DNA of 64,000 nucleotides from Chromatiales bacterium (GTDB lineage: Bacteria > Pseudomonadota > Gammaproteobacteria > SZUA-152). This document shows positions 57,253-64,000 of the stretch, one piece after another. The position numbers were made by a program, and so were the translations under genes. Numbering within the stretch: the stretch's first letter is position 1; every line of letters starts with the position of its first letter. The notes under the pieces are model-generated. The model did not search any database and was not told the origin of the DNA. It saw nothing but the letters and a program-made list of their open reading frames with translations. Where the stretch lies: NCBI GenBank assembly GCA_026982555.1, contig JALSGT010000066.1, positions 1,879 through 65,878 on the forward strand. The letters are read 5' to 3'.

Positions 57253-58038
57253 TCAGGCATAATCAATAATCAGTGGCGCATGGTCCGAAAATCGCTCATT
57301 TTTATAAATACTTGCGCCTTTAATCATATCCCGCAACGCTGGCGTAACAATCTGATAATCAATCCGCCAACCAACATTATTTGCCCATGCCTGTCCCCGG
57401 TTAGACCACCATGTATATTGCCCGGCTTGTTGATTGACAACACGGAAGGCATCAACGAAACCCAAAGAGCCAAAGACCTTATCAAGCCATGCACGCTCTT
57501 CCGGCAGACAACCGGAATTTTTTTGATTGCTTTTCCAGTTTTTAATATCGATTTCTTTATGTACGATGTTCCAGTCACCACACAATACAAATTCACGGCG
57601 TTGGCGACGCATGGCCTTGAGCCTGTCAGTAAAACGATCCATAAAACTGAATTTTATCTGTTGACGTTCCTCTTTGGAGGAACCAGACGGTAAATATAAC
57701 GAAACAACACTGAGTTTGCTGCCATCTTCGCGGGTGAAATCCGCCTGAATAAAACGCCCTTCGGCATCCATGTCTTCAAAGCCTTCACCCAGGCCACGAA
57801 TAATACGATCCGGCTTTTGCCGTGCATAAATCGCAACGCCGCTGTAGCCTTTTTTCTCGGCATCAACATAATAACAATGGTACCCGGCAGGATAAAAATC
57901 AGCGGCTTCCAGTTGATGTTCCTGTGCCTTGGTTTCCTGAATGCAAACTACATCAGCATCTTGTTTTTTTAACCACGTAAAAAATCCTTTTCTTTCAGCG
58001 GCGCGGATACCATTAACGTTGGCAGTAATAATTCTCAT
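57253..58038 (-). CDS. xthA: exodeoxyribonuclease III (ExoIII/AP-endonuclease family)
   Basis: All catalytic blocks are present: NVNGIR, CIQETK, GDWNIVH, GWRIDY and SDHAPL. It is divergent from pyrE. Confidence 0.88.
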   Translation of the reverse strand: MRIITANVNGIRAAERKGFFTWLKKQDADVVCIQETKAQEHQLEAADFYPAGYHCYYVDAEKKGYSGVAIYARQKPDRIIRGLGEGFEDMDAEGRFIQADFTREDGSKLSVVSLYLPSGSSKEERQQIKFSFMDRFTDRLKAMRRQRREFVLCGDWNIVHKEIDIKNWKSNQKNSGCLPEERAWLDKVFGSLGFVDAFRVVNQQAGQYTWWSNRGQAWANNVGWRIDYQIVTPALRDMIKGASIYKNERFSDHAPLIIDYA

Positions 58039-58140
58039 ATAAACTCCGGTGGTGTGTTGTGTGTATTATAACCGCAGGCTTGCCAGTATAGGTGGTATGT
58101 AGGGTATAATTTCGCCTTTTAATTTCAGCCAGGATCATTC

Positions 58141-58782
58141 ATGCAAGCCTATCAACAGGAATTCCTCGATTTTGCCATTGATGTTGGCGTACTGCGCTTC
58201 GGCGAATTCACACTCAAATCGGGGCGTGTCAGCCCCTATTTTTTTAACAGCGGACTGTTTAATACAGGAGCCAGTCTGGCCCGGCTGGGTCGCTATTATG
58301 CGCAGGCCATCATTGATTCAGGTATCGAATTTGAGATGATTTACGGCCCGGCTTATAAAGGTATTCCGCTGGCCGCCAGCCTGGCTATTGCATTAGCGGA
58401 TCATCATAACCGGGATGTGCCCTACTGCTTTAATCGCAAAGAGGCGAAAGACCACGGTGAAGGTGGCGTAATCGTAGGCGCACCATTAAAGGGCAAAGTT
58501 CTGATCATTGATGATGTGATTTCTGCAGGTACTTCAGTACGTGAGTCTGTGAACATCATTCGGGCTGCTGGTGCTACCCCTGCGGGCGTGATCATTGCAC
58601 TTGACCGCCAGGAACGTGGCCAAGGTAAAATCTCAGCCATTCAAGAGATGGAAAAAGATTTTGGGTTACGGGTCAGCAGTATTGTACGTCTACAAGAATT
58701 GCTCACGTTTCTTACTGAAAAAGATAATCAGACAAAAGCCATGGAAGCTATTAAATCATACCAGGCACAATACGGTATTTAG
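58141..58782 (+). CDS. pyrE: orotate phosphoribosyltransferase
   Basis: It contains [17 protein letters not shown] and the PRPP loop [13 protein letters not shown]. The product is 213 aa. Confidence 0.95.
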   Translation: MQAYQQEFLDFAIDVGVLRFGEFTLKSGRVSPYFFNSGLFNTGASLARLGRYYAQAIIDSGIEFEMIYGPAYKGIPLAASLAIALADHHNRDVPYCFNRKEAKDHGEGGVIVGAPLKGKVLIIDDVISAGTSVRESVNIIRAAGATPAGVIIALDRQERGQGKISAIQEMEKDFGLRVSSIVRLQELLTFLTEKDNQTKAMEAIKSYQAQYGI

Positions 58783-58868
58783 TCTAAGTACGAATACGTG
58801 ACTGAGCCGGAATTTCCAGCAAATAATTATTTTTTAATAATAAGCGGTTAATTTTTAACAGGAGAGAA

Positions 58869-59606
58869 ATGACTATGAATAGTCGGCATCTATTATCAGG
58901 ATCTACAGCATTACTTTTACTGACAACGGCATCAGTAGGCAATGCAACAGACCCTCAAGTAACAGACACCAGCTGGAAGGGCAATGTGGAGCTGGGCATC
59001 GTCACCACCACCGGCAACACCGAAACAGAAACCATTAATGCCAAGGCCAAGGCCACCACTGAACGGGAAAAATGGCGGCATACCGTTTTTCTTGAATCAC
59101 TCAACAGTTCCAGCGGTGGTGATACCACGGCGGAACGTTATGTTCTCAACGGTCAAAGTGATTACAAGTTTGGTGAACATAACTATTTCTTTGTCATGGT
59201 CAATTACGAAAATGCCCGCTTTAGTGGTTACGATTATCGCGTCAGCGAAGCGCTGGGTTATGGTCGGCGAGTGATTGGCAATAACACATTGACCCTGGAC
59301 CTGGAAATCGGTCCTGGTGCGCGGCAAAGTAAATTGGACACTGGTGATAGCGAAAATGAGGTTACCATGCGAGGCGCAGCAAAACTGGCATGGAAAATCA
59401 GTGATACCAGTACCTTTACCACAGACTTGAACACAGATGTGGGTGAGGATACCACCGTCACAAAATCGGTGACTGCCTTGACAGCACAAATTAACGGCAG
59501 TCTGGCGACAAAAATTACTTACACCATTAAAAATACTTCAGACGTACCTGTAGGCATTGAAAAAACAGATACTGAGACCGCCGTAACCCTGGTGTATTCT
59601 TTTTAG
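58869..59606 (+). CDS. DUF481-family outer-membrane beta-barrel protein (YdiY-like)
   Basis: It has a signal peptide, alternating beta-strand-type sequence (GNVELGIVTTTGNTETETINAKAK…) and a C-terminal aromatic residue (…LVYSF). Confidence 0.72.
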   Translation: MTMNSRHLLSGSTALLLLTTASVGNATDPQVTDTSWKGNVELGIVTTTGNTETETINAKAKATTEREKWRHTVFLESLNSSSGGDTTAERYVLNGQSDYKFGEHNYFFVMVNYENARFSGYDYRVSEALGYGRRVIGNNTLTLDLEIGPGARQSKLDTGDSENEVTMRGAAKLAWKISDTSTFTTDLNTDVGEDTTVTKSVTALTAQINGSLATKITYTIKNTSDVPVGIEKTDTETAVTLVYSF

Positions 59607-59620
59607 CCTTCTGAAAAAAA

Positions 59621-59640
59621 CGGTGCTGTCATTTGCACCG
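59621..59640 (-). terminator. hairpin plus T-run downstream of the TauE-family gene
   Basis: The stem is cggtgc-tgtcattt-gcaccg. On the minus strand it is followed by TTTTTTT (the plus-strand A7 at 59614-59620). Confidence 0.45.
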
Positions 59641-59649
59641 GCTTGTTTA

Positions 59650-59690
59650 AAAACGGCTGACATTTTATGTTGGCCGTTTTGCTTTTGTGC
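59650..59690 (+). terminator. hairpin plus T-rich tail downstream of the DUF481 gene
   Basis: aaaacggc (59650-59657) pairs with gccgtttt (59673-59680), followed by gcttttgtgc. The 15-nt loop is long for a terminator, which weakens the call. Confidence 0.4.
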
Positions 59691-59710
59691 AGAAAAAATA
59701 CGGCACGATA

Positions 59711-60466
59711 TCAGCCAATAACCAACTTCAACCCCACGGCAAGCGTAATGACTTCAAACACCCGCTTGATCCAGCGATTCCCTTGAGTAATGGCCAGATG
59801 CGCACCGATATAACCCCCGATAAACGAACCCAACAATAATGCAGGCAACCAGTCCCAGCGAATTTCACCCATCAGCCCCAGGGTGATCGCGCCACTGCCA
59901 TTCCAAAACAACCCCACCAGCACCAGCGTGTGAGCAACAGCGCGCTTATAATCCAGCCCGAACCATCGCACCAGCCACAGGGTGACAAACAGTCCCGTGC
60001 CGGAAGTCAGTGAACCATTAAGCATGCCGATGCAAAACAGCACCGCACCACCCAAAAAATAGTGGCCGCGCGATTGTTTTGTCTGGGTGACAGACTGTCC
60101 CAGCTCAGGTTTGAAAACGGAATACAGCCCCAGCCCTATAGTCAACACGCCCAGTGCAATTTCCGCGCTACGGCCTGGCACAAACAAAATAACGCTGGCA
60201 CCGATCACCACACCGGGAATGCCAAAACTGATAATGAATAACGTCAACCTGCGTTGCAGACTGCCCTCACGCAAATTGCGAAGGGTGGCACCGATACCCA
60301 GCGCCACGCTGGCAACTTTGTGGGTGGCCAACGCTACACCAAAGGGCAGGCCCAAAAAAATCAGTACCGGAAATTGCAACAGGCCCGCACCGCCACCGGC
60401 AAAGGCGGAAAAAATATTGGCCACCAAAGAGATCAACAGCAACAGAGATTGGGTGAACCAGTCCAT
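59711..60466 (-). CDS. TauE/SafE-family sulfite/anion exporter
   Basis: The 251-aa polytopic protein has the Gly-rich repeated TM pattern of the TauE/SafE family (…FAGGGAGLLQFPVLIFLG…, …GSFIGGYIGAHLA…). Confidence 0.82.
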   Translation of the reverse strand: MDWFTQSLLLLISLVANIFSAFAGGGAGLLQFPVLIFLGLPFGVALATHKVASVALGIGATLRNLREGSLQRRLTLFIISFGIPGVVIGASVILFVPGRSAEIALGVLTIGLGLYSVFKPELGQSVTQTKQSRGHYFLGGAVLFCIGMLNGSLTSGTGLFVTLWLVRWFGLDYKRAVAHTLVLVGLFWNGSGAITLGLMGEIRWDWLPALLLGSFIGGYIGAHLAITQGNRWIKRVFEVITLAVGLKLVIG

Positions 60467-60484
60467 GCTGTTTTTATGGGAGTA

Positions 60485-61084
60485 TCAGGCGTTGGCGGGA
60501 AACAGGCTGGCCGATAACAAAGCCCATTGTTGATCCCAGCGCTCCAGTGGGGATTGTTGAAAACCACTGCGCACAAATTGATTCATGCGCCCTTCCGCTG
60601 TGGCCAGCAACAAGTTGGCAATGGCCGTAGAAGGGTGTCCCACCGGCAATTCATTTTTGCTTTCCGCTTCACGCAGAATCTGCTTGAGCTGGGTTTCCAG
60701 CCGATCATAAAACTGCGTAATGCGTACCCGCAAGCGGTCGTGTTCACCGGTAAGCGCATCACCCACCAAAATGCGCGACAAGCCAGGATTTTTTGCGGAA
60801 AACCCCAGCAACATAACCAGCAATTGCTGACAGCGGTCACTGGCATTGGCATGGTCTTCGAGAATGCGATTGATCAAACTGAAAACAGTATTTTCGATAA
60901 ACTCAATCAACGCCTCAAACATACGTGCCTTACTGGGGAAATGGCGATACAACGCGGCTTCTGAAACACCCACCTCTTTTGCCAGAGCTGCCGTGGTAAT
61001 ACGCCGGCCAGGATTGTTTTCAAGCTGACACGCCAATGCTTCGAGAATTTGCTGGGCGCGATTTGATCGGGGAGTTTCGGTCAC
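60485..61084 (-). CDS. slmA: nucleoid occlusion factor SlmA (TetR family)
   Basis: It is close to E. coli SlmA as recalled (ITTAALAKEVGVSEAALYRHFPSKARMFEALIEFIE…, LLGFSAKNPGLSRIL). The start codon is GTG. Confidence 0.85.
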   Translation of the reverse strand: MTETPRSNRAQQILEALACQLENNPGRRITTAALAKEVGVSEAALYRHFPSKARMFEALIEFIENTVFSLINRILEDHANASDRCQQLLVMLLGFSAKNPGLSRILVGDALTGEHDRLRVRITQFYDRLETQLKQILREAESKNELPVGHPSTAIANLLLATAEGRMNQFVRSGFQQSPLERWDQQWALLSASLFPANA

Positions 61085-61338
61085 GAAAGAGTTCTCAGTT
61101 ATGATTCAGATAAATATCACGTTCAATGTTGTACCGCTGGAAATCCTCATCGTTTTCCCGGTGCGTTTTATCGTTCACACAGTTTCACCTGAGTGCCACT
61201 GTGGGAGAAGCTGGCTATCTGTCATATCACTTTCTGCCAGGTGCTCAAGCACGGCACCGCAACCTGACAACAGAAGCGCCAAACAGAAAAATCCTGGGAT
61301 TGATAATCGTATTGGCAAGATCGACTATCTTTATATAT

Positions 61339-62406
<1,068 letters not shown>

Positions 62407-62601
62407 TTACGAATTACTGATGTCTAATTGGGAAGGTTTGTGGGTAAACTCTGTGATGGTGGTAATAATGCGTTCCCGTTGCGAACAACCTGCCAGTCCG
62501 GTGCCCAGGGAGTTTTAGTGCTATCAAATACGCCACATATTAACAGCCCATCCATCGCGCACAGCTCGTCATGGGCTGAAACCCATAAGGGTAACTGAGC
62601 C

Positions 62602-64000
62602 ATGACATCGATCTTTGGTGACGTTTTCACGGAAATGGCGGTGCTGCTGTTGGTGGCCGCTGTTATCGGTGCCATTGGTTTGCGGTTACGGCAGCCGCTG
62701 ATCGTTGCTTTTATTGCGGTAGGCGTAATCGTGGGCCCATCTGTGCTTGGTTGGGTATCTGCAAATGATCAGGTTGATCTGCTGGCCAAACTGGGAATCG
62801 CGCTGTTGTTGTTCGTGGTTGGGCTCAAACTGGATCTGCACATCATCCGCTCCATGGGATCAGTGGCATTGGCCACCGGGCTGGGGCAGGTCTTTTTTAC
62901 TTCCGTCGTCGGTTATTTTATTGTCATCGCCCTTGGCATGTCCCCGGTAACAGCGCTTTATGTCGCCGTGGCATTGACCTTCTCCAGCACCATTATCATC
63001 GTCAAATTATTGTCCGACAAACGCGAGGTCGATGCACTGCATGGACGCATCGCTATCGGTTTCCTTATTGTTCAGGATATCGTTGTGGTGCTGGTGATGA
63101 TTGCTCTGACCGCACTGGGCGAGGCGGGTGACACTGCCGGCCTGGGCAGGGAGGCGCTTGCCGTATTGCTCAAGGGCGGGCTGTTTATTGTTGCTATAGG
63201 CCTGTTGATGCGTTACGTACTGACACCGCTGCTGCATCAATTGGCTCGTTCACCTGAATTGTTGGTGTTATTCGCCATTGCCTGGGCGGTAGCCCTGGGG
63301 GCGGCGGGAGGCCATTTGGGGTTCAGCAAAGAAGTGGGTGCTTTTCTCGCCGGTGTGTCGCTGGCCTCCACACCTTATCGCGAGGCCATCGGTTCACGCT
63401 TGGTGAGTCTGCGGGATTTTCTGTTGCTGTTCTTTTTTATTGATCTGGGTTCCGGGCTGAATCTGGCCATGCTCGGCGCGCAGGTGATGCCCGCCATTTT
63501 ACTGTCGCTGTTTGTGCTCATTGGCAACCCATTAATCGTCATGATCATCCTCGGTGTCATGGGTTACCGTAAGCGTACCAGCTTTCTGGCGGGGTTGACG
63601 GTGGCTCAGATCAGTGAATTCTCCCTGATTCTGGGCGCCTTGGGCTTGAGCCTGGGGCATATCGATGCCGATACCATGGGACTTATTACCCTGGTGGGTT
63701 TAATTACCATCAGCGCTTCAACCTACATGATTCTGTACTCTCATCTCCTTTACGAGCGACTTTCCCCCTGGCTGGGCGTATTCGAGCGTAAGCATGCATA
63801 CAGAGAAGAGGCTCAGGATCGGGACCGGGAGCAGCACAGGGTTGATGTCATTCTGTTTGGTCTGGGGCGGTTCGGCACCGGAATTGCGGAGGAGCTGCGG
63901 CAACGTGGCTACCGGGTGCGTGGGGTTGATTTTGATCCCAACCTGATACACCGGCAAGAAGAGAATGATTTTGAGGTGTATTACGGTGATGCCGAAGATC
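62602..64000 (+). CDS. Kef-type cation:proton antiporter (CPA2) with a TrkA-N/RCK domain; 3' end lies outside the window
   Basis: This gene is absent from the ORF track because no stop codon falls inside the window. The frame is open from ATG 62602 to base 64000 (MTSIFGDVFTEMAVLLLVAAVIGAIGLRLRQPLIVAFIAVGVIVGPSVLG…). About 12 TM helices are followed by VILFGLGRFGTGIAEELRQRGYRVRGVDFD, a Rossmann GxGxxG motif. Confidence 0.85.
   Translation, partial: MTSIFGDVFTEMAVLLLVAAVIGAIGLRLRQPLIVAFIAVGVIVGPSVLGWVSANDQVDLLAKLGIALLLFVVGLKLDLHIIRSMGSVALATGLGQVFFTSVVGYFIVIALGMSPVTALYVAVALTFSSTIIIVKLLSDKREVDALHGRIAIGFLIVQDIVVVLVMIALTALGEAGDTAGLGREALAVLLKGGLFIVAIGLLMRYVLTPLLHQLARSPELLVLFAIAWAVALGAAGGHLGFSKEVGAFLAGVSLASTPYREAIGSRLVSLRDFLLLFFFIDLGSGLNLAMLGAQVMPAILLSLFVLIGNPLIVMIILGVMGYRKRTSFLAGLTVAQISEFSLILGALGLSLGHIDADTMGLITLVGLITISASTYMILYSHLLYERLSPWLGVFERKHAYREEAQDRDREQHRVDVILFGLGRFGTGIAEELRQRGYRVRGVDFDPNLIHRQEENDFEVYYGDAED

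Noticed and set aside
62424-63957. Small ORFs listed in the track within 62.4-64.0 kb (62424-62675, 62747-62950, 63007-63240, 63375-63560, 63718-63957)
   Set aside because: All are out of frame with or antisense to the long open frame from 62602 to the window end, which encodes a convincing Kef-type antiporter.

Overview
This is a densely coding 64-kb stretch of a gammaproteobacterial chromosome, with about 57 protein genes and one tRNA. GC content looks mid-range by eye; I did not compute it. Almost all of it is core or housekeeping sequence. From 24.6 to 54.6 kb the gene order matches, as I recall it, P. aeruginosa PAO1 PA0388-PA0415: chpC-chpB-chpA-pilK-pilJ-pilI-pilH-pilG / gshB / tonB3 / yqgE-ruvX-pyrR-pyrB-pyrC' / pilU-pilT / yggS-proC-yggT / DUF4426. 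The left end carries the enteric-style rhlB / trxA-rho block. The right end carries xthA / pyrE, slmA, argB and a partial Kef-type antiporter. Other genes include a NitT/TauT-type ABC importer, an aldo-keto reductase, thiS-thiG-trmB, an SLC13 transporter, nhaD, tRNA-Gly(CCC), three GGDEF proteins and an HDOD protein. I found no transposase, integrase, phage gene, CRISPR array, toxin-antitoxin pair or recognisable defence gene, and I cannot point to a convincing new system. The best leads fall into three groups. (1) Three insertions relative to the Pseudomonas backbone: an ApbE / NusG-II (DUF1312) / Gx-transporter cassette translationally coupled to gshB, an orphan PyrK-like flavoprotein beside a two-CXXCH lipoprotein, and a solitary dynamin-like GTPase. 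(2) A two-lipoprotein operon encoding a 1048-aa LVIVD-repeat protein. (3) An intergenic repeat family with three copies, each at a boundary between gene blocks, plus a separate 146-bp element with terminal inverted repeats. All functional calls come from reading motifs and remembered homologies. No database search was run.
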